A stretch of 64,000 nt of DNA from Candidatus Moraniibacteriota bacterium (GCA_026396275.1 JAPLXC010000004.1:1193-65192); one strand, 5' to 3'; positions 28,378 to 39,141 are shown, numbered from the stretch's first letter. The notes: generated from the letters alone by a model not told the origin. Made by a program: numbers and translations.

Positions 28378-30159
28378 TTATTTCTTTTCTGTGATTTCTT
28401 TGGTAATTTTTTCAATAAATTTCTCCAATTTCATAGTTTCCTGATTTCTATTATCTCTTTCTCTAACGTTCACACTATCACTTCCCATTTCTTTTTCTCC
28501 AACCACTAGCATATATGGGATTTTTTGCTTTTCGGCATCGCTGATGCGTTTGCCTAGTGTCTCGGATTGGTTGCTAATTTGAGAGCGAATATTATTAGCT
28601 AATAGAAGCGAATTAATTTTTTCAGCGTATCTAGAAAACTTTTCTGAAATTGGGATAATTACCGCCTGAACAGGAGAGAGCCAAACGGGAAAAGCGCCGG
28701 CAAAGTGTTCCGTAATAATTCCAATGAATCTTTCAAAAGCGCCAAAGATGGCAGCGTGAATCATCACCGGCGTTTTTTTCTTTCCGTCTTTATCTACATA
28801 TTCTATCTCAAACCTTTGGGGAAGTTGAAAGTCAAGCTGAATGGTAGCTAGTTGCCAAGAGCGGCCCAAGGCGTCTTTAATGTCAATATCAATTTTCGGC
28901 CCGTAAAAGACACCCTCTTTATCTTTTATTTCGTATTTAACTCTTTCTTTCTTAAGCGCATCTTCTAAATCTTTTTCAGCTTCATTCCAAGTCCTAATAT
29001 CTCCCATAAAATCATCTGGCCGGGTGGAAAGATAAAATTTCGGCTCAATTCCAAAACAACCATAGTATTCTCGCGTCATCTTGAGCAATATCCTGATTTC
29101 TTCTTTAACCTGATTTTTGGAGAGAAAAATGTGCGAGTCATCCTGGGTAATTTGGCGAACACGCAAAAGGCCGTTAAGCTCACCCGATTTTTCGTTGCGC
29201 ATCACATGGCCGATCTCCGTATATCTTATTGGAAGTTCTTTGTACGACCTTTGTTTTTCCTGGTAAATTTTTATATTAAAAGGACAGTCCATTGGCTTGA
29301 TAACATACTTATTACTGTCGACTTCGAAGTGAAACATGCTTTCTTTATAATGCTCCCAGTGGCCGGAGATTTCCCAAAGTTTTCTTTTAGCCAGGATCGG
29401 CGTCTGTATTTCTTCATAACCGTATTTCTTACGTATGTTTTTTCCTAATTGTTCTAGTTCGTTCCAGATAATCATTCCCTTGGGATGCCAGAAAGCCGAA
29501 CCGGGAGATTCAGGGTGAAAGGAATATAAATCCAAATCTTTCCCCAGTTTTTTGTGGTCTCTTTTTTCAGCTTCTTCCATATTTTTCAAATAATCATTCA
29601 GCTCTTTTTTGGTTTGAAAAACCACGCCATAAATTCTTTGCAATTGCTTGTTTTTTTCATCGCCTTTCCAATAAGCGCCGGAGATTTTGGTAAGTTTAAT
29701 CGCGTCGGGATTTATTTCGCCAGTAGAATCCAAATGTGGTCCTGTACAAAGATCGACGAAGCCCCCAGTTTTATAAATTGTTACCATCACCGATTTTTTT
29801 TCTTTTGACAGTATACTCCGATCGGAGCATACTGTTATATTAGCAGAAATGTCATTTAGAAGTTCGACTTTATATGGCTGGCCGGCTTTTTTGAAATGTT
29901 TAATGGCATTCTCGGCTGTGATTTCTTGCCTCTCAAATGGATAATTAGCTTTAATGATTTTTTTCATTTTTTCCTCCAGGATTTCCAGGTCTTCGGGAAT
30001 GAGAGTCCGCGGCAAATCAAAATCGTAATAAAAACCATTTTCAATAGCCGGGCCTATCCCAAATTTGGCTTCGGGAAACATTTCCAAAACCGCCGCGGCA
30101 AGAACATGCGAAGCCGAGTGCCTTAAAATTTCTAGATCGCTATTTTTTTTGCTTAACAT
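28378..30159 (-). CDS. thrS: Threonyl-tRNA synthetase
   Basis: RHSASH, DLCTGPH, RDHKKLG, KPMDCP, FYGPKID, G.FERF; start moved to ATG 30159. Confidence 0.96.
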   Translation of the reverse strand: MLSKKNSDLEILRHSASHVLAAAVLEMFPEAKFGIGPAIENGFYYDFDLPRTLIPEDLEILEEKMKKIIKANYPFERQEITAENAIKHFKKAGQPYKVELLNDISANITVCSDRSILSKEKKSVMVTIYKTGGFVDLCTGPHLDSTGEINPDAIKLTKISGAYWKGDEKNKQLQRIYGVVFQTKKELNDYLKNMEEAEKRDHKKLGKDLDLYSFHPESPGSAFWHPKGMIIWNELEQLGKNIRKKYGYEEIQTPILAKRKLWEISGHWEHYKESMFHFEVDSNKYVIKPMDCPFNIKIYQEKQRSYKELPIRYTEIGHVMRNEKSGELNGLLRVRQITQDDSHIFLSKNQVKEEIRILLKMTREYYGCFGIEPKFYLSTRPDDFMGDIRTWNEAEKDLEDALKKERVKYEIKDKEGVFYGPKIDIDIKDALGRSWQLATIQLDFQLPQRFEIEYVDKDGKKKTPVMIHAAIFGAFERFIGIITEHFAGAFPVWLSPVQAVIIPISEKFSRYAEKINSLLLANNIRSQISNQSETLGKRISDAEKQKIPYMLVVGEKEMGSDSVNVRERDNRNQETMKLEKFIEKITKEITEKK

Positions 30160-30171
30160 ATTTTCATTATA

Positions 30172-30330
30172 GCTAAAAAATAAAAGACCTAAAAACATAG
30201 GTCCTGGGCCCCGATGTAACTTCGGGGGGTTCCACCCAAGTTGTCCGATGTAACCATCAAACCACTCTTTAAGCTGTTGCGCCAGCTTCTGCGGAAACTC
30301 GACGGTTGGTAGCCGTGTCATTGTTTCATT
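30172..30330 (-). promoter_or_regulatory. T-box riboswitch leader of thrS
   Basis: TGGG-TGGAACC-CCCCG-aagttacat-CGGGG-CCCA antiterminator, then GACCTA..TAGGTC-T-rich terminator. Confidence 0.8.
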
Positions 30331-30375
30331 CAATTAATTGTAGTATATTAAAAATATTCAAAAAATGCAATATTT

Positions 30376-31161
30376 ATGATCAATGTCAAAAATCTCACCA
30401 AAAAATTCGGCGATTTCGTCGCTGTGGATAATTTTTCTTTTTCAGTTAACAAAGGGGAAATTTTTGCGTTTTTAGGGCCGAATGGCGCCGGGAAAACTAC
30501 CACCATAAAAATATTTACGACGCTCCTTCAGCCGACGAGCGGGAAAGTTTTGATAAACGGCTTTGATCCGGTGGAAAATCCGGATGACGTACGCTGTTCT
30601 TTTGGAATTACTTTTCAGGACCAGAGTTTGGATGATGAGCTTACGGCTTATGAAAATATGGAATTTCACGGAGTACTTTACGGCATTCCCAAAGTAACTC
30701 GCCGAACCAGGATTGAAGAATTGTTAAAGATTGTCGAGCTTTGGAAAAGAAAGGATGATTTGGTCAAAGAATTTTCCGGCGGAATGAAAAGACGGCTGGA
30801 AATTGCCCGCGGGCTTCTTCATCACCCGAAAATTTTATTTTTGGACGAACCAACATTAGGACTTGATCCGCAAACACGAACTCTCATTTGGAATTATATT
30901 AAAAACTTGAATGAGAAAGAAAAAATTACCGTTTTTTTTACGACGCACTATATGGAAGAAGCCGAAAAAGTAGCAGATCGAATCGCCATCATTGATCACG
31001 GAAAAATTATATCGGAAGGTACCGCGCAGGAATTAAAGTTAAAAACCAACACAATATCACTTGAGGACGCATTTCTTGCTCTCACCGGTGAAACTATCCG
31101 CGACGAAGGCGGGACGGCAATCGAAAGATTAAGAACGGCGAGAAAAGTGTGGAGAAGATAA
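30376..31161 (+). CDS. DrrA-type ABC exporter ATPase
   Basis: GPNGAGKTT, FSGGMKRR, LDEPT.GLDPQ, TTHYMEEA. Confidence 0.92.
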   Translation: MINVKNLTKKFGDFVAVDNFSFSVNKGEIFAFLGPNGAGKTTTIKIFTTLLQPTSGKVLINGFDPVENPDDVRCSFGITFQDQSLDDELTAYENMEFHGVLYGIPKVTRRTRIEELLKIVELWKRKDDLVKEFSGGMKRRLEIARGLLHHPKILFLDEPTLGLDPQTRTLIWNYIKNLNEKEKITVFFTTHYMEEAEKVADRIAIIDHGKIISEGTAQELKLKTNTISLEDAFLALTGETIRDEGGTAIERLRTARKVWRR

Positions 31162-31301
31162 TATTGAAAATTTCTAATTACTAATTTCTAATGTCTAATC
31201 AAATCCCAATTTAGGAATGAACAAACTAATAAAATTTTAGACATTATCATTTCAAGTATTGGTTATTAATCAGAAATCAGGTCAATTATAAATTGGACAT
31301 T

Positions 31302-32057
31302 ATGAACATAGTGAATATTATATATATTCTCTGGCTTCGGCAGGTGAAAAGATATTGGCGTTCGAAGCCCAGAATGATCGGCTCTTTAGGCCAGCCAATA
31401 TTGTTTCTGGTGGCTCTGGGTTTTGGCTTCGGTCCGATTTATCAGTGTGCGGGCGGAGGAAATTACATCGAATTTTTAGCGCCGGGCATTATTGCCATGA
31501 GTATCATCTTCACCGCCATGTTCACTGGTATTGAAGTCATTTACGACCGTCAGTTCGGGTTTTTGAAAGAAACGCTGGTGGCTCCGGTGCCGCGCTGGGC
31601 TATAATGTTTGGCCGGACTCTGGGCGGAGCAACAGTCGCAGCCTTGCAGGGAATTGTGGTTTTTATAATATCGCTTTTCATCGGATTCCGGCCGGAAATA
31701 GCGGCGCAGTCGCTTCTGGCTTTGGTTTTTATGGTATTAATTGCGATTTTTTTCACCGCCTTTGGAACAGCCATTGCTTCGCGCCTCGAAGATATGCAGG
31801 CCTTTCCTTTGATAATCAACTTTCTTATTATGCCTCTTTTCTTTCTTTCCGGAGCGCTTTTCCCGATAGAAAATGTTTCAGGGGCATTGCATACAATTAC
31901 AAGCTTCAATCCACTCTCCTACGGCGTGGACGGTATTCGCGGGGCGCTGACAAATCAAATTCATTTCGGCTTCACAAGTGATTTTACTTTTTTAATCATC
32001 GTGACTTTTCTGGTACTGGCAATTGGAACATATCTTTTTTCAAAGGTTGAGGTTTGA
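31302..32057 (+). CDS. ABC-2 (DrrB-type) permease
   Basis: DRQFGFLKE.LVAP, FFLSGALFP, NPLSYGVD. Confidence 0.9.
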   Translation: MNIVNIIYILWLRQVKRYWRSKPRMIGSLGQPILFLVALGFGFGPIYQCAGGGNYIEFLAPGIIAMSIIFTAMFTGIEVIYDRQFGFLKETLVAPVPRWAIMFGRTLGGATVAALQGIVVFIISLFIGFRPEIAAQSLLALVFMVLIAIFFTAFGTAIASRLEDMQAFPLIINFLIMPLFFLSGALFPIENVSGALHTITSFNPLSYGVDGIRGALTNQIHFGFTSDFTFLIIVTFLVLAIGTYLFSKVEV

Positions 32058-32166
32058 GTTTACTGAATTTTAAGAAGTGGTAGAATAGGATTAACTAATA
32101 ACTTACTACTAACTACTAGCTGCTTCCGCCAAAGGCGGATTCTCCCCTGGCGAAAACAACAACCAT

Positions 32167-33363
32167 ATGCCAGAAGAATTCAAAATCAAAAACGAGGATG
32201 TAATGCCTATGAAAAAAAGCAAGAAACCAGTGATAATTATTAGCACGGTTATTGTAGTGATTTTAGCGCTTGGCGCGCTGGGATATTTCGGCTGGAAATA
32301 CTATTCAGGAAAGCAAACACAGCTTAATGAGCTGAAACAGCAATTGGAAAATCTTAAGAAAGAATCGGAAAACCTGGCCGGCCAGGCAACTACGCAGGAA
32401 AATCAAGCGGGAAATGAAGGACAGAGTGAAGAAACGGCGGACGAATATGCCGGCTGGAATATTTATACCAATTCAGAAGTAGGATATCAGCTGAAATATC
32501 CGGCTGACTGGACAGTAAAAGAAACAAGCGAACATAGTGAGATTCTGGATAAGTATGTGAAATATGTGACTTTGTATACTCCTGGCAAGAAATATTTTCT
32601 TCACTGGGGGCTGAAATACAAGGGTGATAATTTTGGAGCCACCGACCGTACGGGACTGGGCGCCGGGGATTTTATAAATACCGGAAAGAAAATTGCGATT
32701 CTCGGAACAGAAGTGGATGTGGTGAAGCAGGTGTATAAAGGTGAAACCCAGGAAATGTTTTTTCCTAATGCCGGGGAAACTAAAACTTCCGACGGAAAAT
32801 ACTCTTTTGTAAATTCATTTACATATAACACAACTCACAAATCAACCGATCCGGATCTGGCCGGAATTCCGGAGGAAAAACTAGCCGAAAAAATTCTTAT
32901 ATCGGTAAAAATTATTCCGCGCACGGCCGTTCAAACCGGCTGCGCTTCAACTTTGACTGCTTCTGATAAATTGGCGATAAAAACCTGGAAAACTTATAAA
33001 AACGACAAATACGACTATTCCTTTAAGTACCCGGCCGATTGGACTTACGACAAAGTAAGCGATAAGCTTATAAATTTTGAGGGAAATGATGACGTTGTTT
33101 TTTCTTGGCGAAGCGAAGAGATGACAGCACTGGGATACGAGGGCTGGGAACTGGACACAACAAAAAATTTGAAAGTAGCCTGCCAAAGCGCGAAATCGAC
33201 TTATCTTGAACAAGGAGATGAGCGGATGATTTTCACCCAATTTAAAAAAGATAGTATCAACCATATGACCAACTTCGGTTACAAATACATCGGCGCCTCG
33301 CTTTCCAGCGACATGGTGGAGATGTATGACTTAATTTTGAAAAGTGTGGAATTTAGTGATTAG
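32167..33363 (+). CDS. Membrane-anchored protein with coiled coil and two PsbP-like domains
   Basis: N-terminal TM; W.xY.N..xYxxKYPADW motif occurs twice. Confidence 0.7.
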   Translation: MPEEFKIKNEDVMPMKKSKKPVIIISTVIVVILALGALGYFGWKYYSGKQTQLNELKQQLENLKKESENLAGQATTQENQAGNEGQSEETADEYAGWNIYTNSEVGYQLKYPADWTVKETSEHSEILDKYVKYVTLYTPGKKYFLHWGLKYKGDNFGATDRTGLGAGDFINTGKKIAILGTEVDVVKQVYKGETQEMFFPNAGETKTSDGKYSFVNSFTYNTTHKSTDPDLAGIPEEKLAEKILISVKIIPRTAVQTGCASTLTASDKLAIKTWKTYKNDKYDYSFKYPADWTYDKVSDKLINFEGNDDVVFSWRSEEMTALGYEGWELDTTKNLKVACQSAKSTYLEQGDERMIFTQFKKDSINHMTNFGYKYIGASLSSDMVEMYDLILKSVEFSD

Positions 33364-36300
33364 TAAATGTCAATCCTTCCTTCTGGAATAACACTTTTTA
33401 ATTCTTCTTTCAGTTTACCATTGTCTTTGATGCAGTATGGGGTCTCCAGTTTAGACCCGTTGATATTAAGATAAATCTTCATTGCTCCCAGCTCGCATTG
33501 ATCAAAGAAACGAGATAGCTTTTTAATGGTTTCCTGCTGGGAATGAGAAGGAAGAGTGATGACTAGCTTTTTCCTTTCTTTATTGTAACCGCTGCTGGTC
33601 TTTTGGATTGACTGGACTCTTTTGAAATTATCCAAATCCTGCTGGCTTATAATCTTCGCCTCATCCGCTATTAATTTAAACACACCCTCCTTATCGGAAA
33701 GTTTTCCTTCAACAATTACTATTCTATCTTCCTCCCATACTCCTGACGTTCTTTCCAGAACCTTGGGAAAAACAAGAATCTCAAGCCGCCCCTGCAAGTC
33801 CTCGATGGTCACGAAAAGCATGGTACTGTTTTGGTTTCTCACGTGAACCTTTTGAATTCTGCTTATCACTCCGCCGAGGCGGACTTTGCCGCCAACCATT
33901 TTTTTGTCGAGAGACCGGATAGGAATAACCGTTTTTTCCAGGTACTCGCGAAAATCAGAAACAGGGTGATCGCTGACGTAAAGCCCCAAAAGTTCTTTTT
34001 CCCACCCGAGCTTTTGTTTTTTAGTGGCCGGTTCAGTAGCAACCAGCGGAATAGTGGGGGGAGCAAGAATTGAATCACTAAACAAGCTTGATTGATTGGA
34101 ACAACGTGACTTTTGAATATTGCGGGAAAAGATTAGGATGTTTTCTAAACTGGCAAGCAATTGATTGCGCTCGCCTAATTCGTCGAGAGCTCCAACTTTA
34201 ATCAATGATTCCAGAGATTTTTTGTTCAGGTCCTTGTGCTGAATGCGCTCGGTGAAATCAGCAATACTCTTGTATTTTCCGCTGCGCTTCCTTTCCTCGA
34301 CAACTTCATGGGCTATGGTATGACCGACATTTTTTATGGCATTAAGCCCAAAGCGAATCCGTTCCACCTTGTCTTCTCCGATAATCACCGCAAATTCCTC
34401 AAAACTTTCATTAACGTTGGGAGGAAGGACTTCTAGTCCCATTTCAGTGGTTTCGGCGACTTCAATGGCGATCCGGTCGATGTCATCCTGGTCGGAAGTG
34501 AGAAGCGCTGCCATAAATTCAGCCGGGAAGTGGGCTTTGAGATAAGCTGTTTGGTATCCGATAAGCGCGTAACAAGCGGCATGAGACCGGTTGAAACCAT
34601 AGCCAGCAAAGGGCTCAATAAAATCAAAAACCTTTTCAGCGATTTTCTTTCCAATTCCGTTGCGGACGCAGCCCTCAACAAACTTGATCCTTTGCTGTCT
34701 GATTAGTTCGGGAATCTTTTTGCCCATCGCTTTCCGGAGAACATCGGCTTCTCCGAGAGTGAAACCGGCCAGGTCTCTGGCGATCTGCATAATTTGTTCT
34801 TGGTAAACCGCGACGCCGTAGGTGTTTTTGAGAATTGGTTCCAGTTTGGGATGAAGATAGTTGATTTTTTTCTTTCCGTGTTTTCCGGCTATGAAATCCG
34901 GAATCCACTCCATGGGTCCCGGACGGAAAAGCGCCACCATGGCGATAATATCTTCAAAGTTAGTCGGCTTGAGCTGCTTCAGATACCGCTTCATTCCCGA
35001 ACTCTCCAACTGAAATACCCCGGTGGTCTTGGCTTCTTGGAGAAGCTGATAAGTTTTTTTGTCATCCAAGGGGATATCGTCAATGTTAATATCAATATTT
35101 TTTATTTTGCGCACGATTCGAAGCGCGTTTTGAATAATAGTGAGGTTTTTAAGCCCCAGAAAATCCATCTTCAAAAGTCCGATTTTTTCCACGTAGCTTG
35201 ATTTAGTGGAAGAAGAATATTGGGTAACTGTCCCTTCCTTTTTCCCGGCGATTTTCTGAAGAGGGGAATATTCCGTTACCGGATTTTTCGTAATTACCAC
35301 TCCGCAGGCGTGCATTGAAGCGTGACGGGCCACTCCCTCTAGGCGCCGGGCGCTGTCAATGAGTTTTTTAGCGGCGGGGTCGGACTGGTATAATTGCCTG
35401 AATTCACTGGCTTGATCCAGCGCGTCTTCAATAGAAGAAAAAATCGGGATCATTTTAGCCGCTTTGTCGCAAAAATCGTAAGGGTATCCTAGGGCTCGGC
35501 CGGCATCGCGGATAGCGGCGCGCGCCGCCATTGTTCCAAAAGTGATGATTTGGGCCACTTGATCATGCCCATATTTTTGGCGCACATAATCAATTACTTC
35601 GTCGCGCCGATCATCAGCAAAATCCATATCAATATCGGGCATTGAGATTCTTTCCGGGTTGAGAAAGCGTTCGAATAAGAGATTATATTTAATAGGATCA
35701 ATATTGGTTATTCCAATAAGATAAGAAACCAAGCTTCCCGCAGCGCTTCCCCGGCCAGGTCCGACAACGATTTTGTTTTGTTTGGCCCAGTTGACAAAGT
35801 CCTGGACGATCAGAAAATACGAAGCAAAAGCGGTCTTTTCTATGACCGAGAGCTCATATTCCATTCGCTGGCGGTGTTCTTCAGTAAACCCTTTTCCGAA
35901 TCTTTTTTCCAGTCCTTCTTCAGCAAGATGCCGAAGATAACTCTCTGGAGTAAAACCAGAAGGGACTTCTATTTCAGGCAGAATGGTTTTTCCCAAGTGA
36001 AGTTCAAAGTTAATTTGATCTACTATTTTTTGAGTGTTCGCGAGGGCTTCCGGAATATGCCGGAAGGTCTCTTTCAGTTCCGCCGGCGTTCTCATTGAAA
36101 GATCAAAAGCAGTGAGATTCATCCGGTCTTTTTCCTGAACCTTCCGGTTGGTTTGAATGCAAATCAGAATATCCTGAATCGGCGAGTCGTCCTTTTGCAC
36201 GTAATGAACATCGCTAGTGGCAACAACCGGAATTCCGGTCTCGCGGGAAATTTTTATTATCCCCTCGCTGGCAATTTTTTGCGCCGGATAATTTGGATGA

Positions 36301-36848
36301 TCTTGCAATTCCAAAAAGAAATTACCCCGGCCAAAAATTTTTTCGTATTCCAGGGCTGCCTGCTTCGCCCTTTCATATTTACCAGAAACAATATGGGAAG
36401 GAATTTCTCCCTCGATGCAGCCGCTAAGGCCTATCAAGCCCTCTGAATGGCGGCGCAGAATTTCTTTATCAATCCTGGGCTTGTAATAAAACCCTTCAAG
36501 ATGGGATACGGAAATAAGTTTCATTAAGTTTTTGTATCCCTTCTCGTTTTTAACTAAAAGGATGAGATGATAACGAAGACGGTCTTCGGCAGTCGGATTT
36601 TTATTGGCCAGCCCATTGGGAGCCAGATACATCTCGCAGCCGATGATCGGTTTTATTCCCCGCTCTTTGGCTTTAATGAAAAATTCCACGGCGCCATAGA
36701 GCACTCCGTGGTCAGTGAGAGCCAGGGAGTCCATGCCCAGTTCCTTGGCGCGATCAAGAAGCTCGTCGATTTTGGCGAGACCGTCGAGAAGAGAATAATG
36801 AGAGTGGACATGTAAATGAGTGAATTTGGGTTTTGCGGTTTCGGACAT
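33360..36848 (-). CDS. dnaE: DNA polymerase III alpha subunit
   Basis: HLHVHSHYSLLDG PHP, GRGSAAGS, MPDIDMDF, YGFNRSH, OB fold; no intein. Confidence 0.97.
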   Translation of the reverse strand: MSETAKPKFTHLHVHSHYSLLDGLAKIDELLDRAKELGMDSLALTDHGVLYGAVEFFIKAKERGIKPIIGCEMYLAPNGLANKNPTAEDRLRYHLILLVKNEKGYKNLMKLISVSHLEGFYYKPRIDKEILRRHSEGLIGLSGCIEGEIPSHIVSGKYERAKQAALEYEKIFGRGNFFLELQDHPNYPAQKIASEGIIKISRETGIPVVATSDVHYVQKDDSPIQDILICIQTNRKVQEKDRMNLTAFDLSMRTPAELKETFRHIPEALANTQKIVDQINFELHLGKTILPEIEVPSGFTPESYLRHLAEEGLEKRFGKGFTEEHRQRMEYELSVIEKTAFASYFLIVQDFVNWAKQNKIVVGPGRGSAAGSLVSYLIGITNIDPIKYNLLFERFLNPERISMPDIDMDFADDRRDEVIDYVRQKYGHDQVAQIITFGTMAARAAIRDAGRALGYPYDFCDKAAKMIPIFSSIEDALDQASEFRQLYQSDPAAKKLIDSARRLEGVARHASMHACGVVITKNPVTEYSPLQKIAGKKEGTVTQYSSSTKSSYVEKIGLLKMDFLGLKNLTIIQNALRIVRKIKNIDINIDDIPLDDKKTYQLLQEAKTTGVFQLESSGMKRYLKQLKPTNFEDIIAMVALFRPGPMEWIPDFIAGKHGKKKINYLHPKLEPILKNTYGVAVYQEQIMQIARDLAGFTLGEADVLRKAMGKKIPELIRQQRIKFVEGCVRNGIGKKIAEKVFDFIEPFAGYGFNRSHAACYALIGYQTAYLKAHFPAEFMAALLTSDQDDIDRIAIEVAETTEMGLEVLPPNVNESFEEFAVIIGEDKVERIRFGLNAIKNVGHTIAHEVVEERKRSGKYKSIADFTERIQHKDLNKKSLESLIKVGALDELGERNQLLASLENILIFSRNIQKSRCSNQSSLFSDSILAPPTIPLVATEPATKKQKLGWEKELLGLYVSDHPVSDFREYLEKTVIPIRSLDKKMVGGKVRLGGVISRIQKVHVRNQNSTMLFVTIEDLQGRLEILVFPKVLERTSGVWEEDRIVIVEGKLSDKEGVFKLIADEAKIISQQDLDNFKRVQSIQKTSSGYNKERKKLVITLPSHSQQETIKKLSRFFDQCELGAMKIYLNINGSKLETPYCIKDNGKLKEELKSVIPEGRIDIY

Positions 36849-37159
36849 AATTCGTGTTTAAAAAATCCCAATTTCAAAACCCAAATGTCAAATAAAATCC
36901 AAAAAATTAAAAATAAAAAACGGCCTTATGGAGCGTTTAAAAAATCTTGGAAATTTGAGCTTTGAAATTTGACATTTTTTTATTCTATCCTCATTCCCCG
37001 GGTTGCCCCTTTGGAGTTTGCAGGGTAGTTCTCTACGAATTACTAATCACATACGAATGTACGAATCCGTGATTTGATTATAGCAGGTTTGGGGAAAAAG
37101 AAAAGAAGCGACGGTTTATATGTCGCTTCTAGCGGTTTTTAAACAAGGAATGCTTCACA

Positions 37160-37381
37160 TTACCAAGGCGTCCTTCTTCGGGTTTTACTCTCAATTTTGC
37201 CAATATCAGTTGGTAATTTGTTCAGTTCCACCATTTTTTCGTAGAAGCTTTTTAAGCTTCTTCCGGAGGCCTTTAATGCTTCGTGCAAATAAAGAATTAT
37301 AACTGCCGGAAGAAGGATAATTAATCCTGCTAATACTTTTAAAACTTCTATCGGATGAAGGTACCACCTATAACTTTTCAT
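37160..37381 (-). CDS. Small membrane ORFan
   Basis: AAAGGAGG SD, one TM, hairpin at 37104-37130. Confidence 0.55.
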   Translation of the reverse strand: MKSYRWYLHPIEVLKVLAGLIILLPAVIILYLHEALKASGRSLKSFYEKMVELNKLPTDIGKIESKTRRRTPW

Positions 37382-37428
37382 TAGTTCCTCCTTTGCTGTG
37401 AACTTATTTAAGATGTTATAATAAATTT

Positions 37429-38142
37429 ATGAAAAAGTCAACCTTTGAACTAGAAAATAAATTATTGAATGATGGCTATGATTTTATTATCGGCATTGAT
37501 GAGGCGGGGAGAGGGCCATTGGCGGGCCCCGTCGTTGCTGCTGCAACGATAACCCGCAATTTCCAATTTCCAAATCTCAATTTCCAAAAAAATGTCAAAT
37601 GTCAAATGTCAAATGTCAAGATGTTTGATCTTATCCGCGATTCAAAAACCTTATCTGCGAAGCAGCGGGAAAAATTATTTGATTTCATTCAAGAACACTT
37701 TTACGTAGGGATCGGAATTTGCGATCACCGGACAATTGACAAGGTAAATATTTTGCAAGCGAGTTTTTTGGCGATGAAAGCGGCCCTATCAGACCTGAAA
37801 TCAAAAATCAAAAATCAAAAATCAAAATTACAATTTAAAAATCAAAAAGAAATATTAGACACCAGGTACAAAATACCAGATACAAAATACATAGTACTCG
37901 TTGATGGCAAGCACAAAATTCCCAATTTTTCCCATAAGCAAAAAAATATCGTCAGCGGTGACAAACTTGTGAAATCCATTTCCGCTGCTTCAATTGCGGC
38001 TAAAGTCACCCGTGACCGGATAATGTTGAAAATGCATAAAAAATATCCACACTATGGATTTAGATTAAAAAAGCATGGACCTTGCCGAATTCACCGGAAA
38101 AGTTTTAAGCCGGTAGAAAAACTTGTCAAAGCAAAGAAATGA
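37429..38142 (+). CDS. rnhB: Ribonuclease HII with three in-frame heptamer arrays and a short C-terminal deletion
   Basis: GIDEAGRGPLAGPV, DSK, VDG, AASIAAKVTRD, HRKSF. Confidence 0.9.
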   Translation: MKKSTFELENKLLNDGYDFIIGIDEAGRGPLAGPVVAAATITRNFQFPNLNFQKNVKCQMSNVKMFDLIRDSKTLSAKQREKLFDFIQEHFYVGIGICDHRTIDKVNILQASFLAMKAALSDLKSKIKNQKSKLQFKNQKEILDTRYKIPDTKYIVLVDGKHKIPNFSHKQKNIVSGDKLVKSISAASIAAKVTRDRIMLKMHKKYPHYGFRLKKHGPCRIHRKSFKPVEKLVKAKK

Positions 38143-38188
38143 TGATAACTTAACAATGTAGCCATTAACAGTTTAGCAATTTACGATT

Positions 38189-38395
38189 ATGTCTGTACCA
38201 AAGCAGCGTCATACTAAAGGCAGAAGAGATCGAAAAAGGAAAAGATTCACAGTTCGCGCCAAGAAAATGCAAACTTGCCCGAAATGCTCAAAACCGGTGC
38301 TCCCTCACCGCGTTTGTTTGGTATGCGGTTATTATAAAGGAAGGGAAATCATGGACACGCTTAAAAAGTCAAAAGGCAAAAAAGTAAAAAAATAG
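38189..38395 (+). CDS. rpmF: 50S ribosomal protein L32
   Basis: MSVPK, CPKC...PHRVC..CGYYKG. Confidence 0.93.
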   Translation: MSVPKQRHTKGRRDRKRKRFTVRAKKMQTCPKCSKPVLPHRVCLVCGYYKGREIMDTLKKSKGKKVKK

Positions 38396-38518
38396 AGATG
38401 ACTCCCCGCACCAAATTCCGTTAATTCTCTACGAACTACGAATTTTTACGAATGTACGAATCTTGGTTGTTTTATTTTTTCGTACTTTAGTACTTGTTCG
38501 TAATTCTTAGGCAACTTC

Positions 38519-39010
38519 ATGGCAAATAGACATCTTCAGCGTTCCGTGGCGATGCAGTCCCTTTTTGAGTGGGATTTTCAAGGGCGCAAAAATGAAGAAG
38601 TGCCAGAGATTGTCGAACGCAATGTTCAAGAATTTGCTTCCGGACTGGAGGATTCCAGTTTTGTCAAATCACTGGTGGAGGGAGTCCTAAAAAACCGCGA
38701 TAAAATAGACGCTTTAATAGAAAAATGCGCTCCCGAGTGGCCGCTGGACCAGGTGACGGCCGTGGATCGCAATATTCTGCGGCTGGGGATTTATGAGCTG
38801 ATGTTTGGCAATTATGAGGAGGTTCCTCCCAAAGTGGCTATAAATGAGGCAATTGAGCTGGCTAAGACCTTTGGAGGGGAAAATTCCGCCCGGTTTGTCA
38901 ATGGTGTGCTGGGAACAATTTATCGGGAAATGGGAGAGCCCCTTAAAGACGATGATGGCCAGAAGAGAAAACAAAAAGCGGAAGAAATAAAGAAAAATAG
39001 TGGAAAATAG
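38519..39010 (+). CDS. nusB: Transcription antitermination factor NusB
   Basis: [30 protein letters not shown]. Confidence 0.96.
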   Translation: MANRHLQRSVAMQSLFEWDFQGRKNEEVPEIVERNVQEFASGLEDSSFVKSLVEGVLKNRDKIDALIEKCAPEWPLDQVTAVDRNILRLGIYELMFGNYEEVPPKVAINEAIELAKTFGGENSARFVNGVLGTIYREMGEPLKDDDGQKRKQKAEEIKKNSGK

Positions 39011-39020
39011 TTAATTTTTT

Positions 39021-39132
39021 AAATCCGAAATCCCAAGCTCAAATTTCAAATAAAATCCAAAATCCCAAATCTAAAATTTATTAATTTGGAATTGGAATTT
39101 CATTTGGCATTTGGATTTTGAACTTTGGATTT
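39021..39132. repeat. Inverted pair of degenerate heptamer arrays (AAATCCC / TTTGGAT)
   Basis: aaatccgaaatccc...aaatctaaa then tttggaattgg...tttggattt. Confidence 0.75.
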
Positions 39133-39141
39133 ATCATCTTT

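Noticed and set aside
30160-30333. 58 aa N-terminal extension of ThrS in the ORF track
   Set aside because: Coincides with the T-box leader; the real start is ATG 30159
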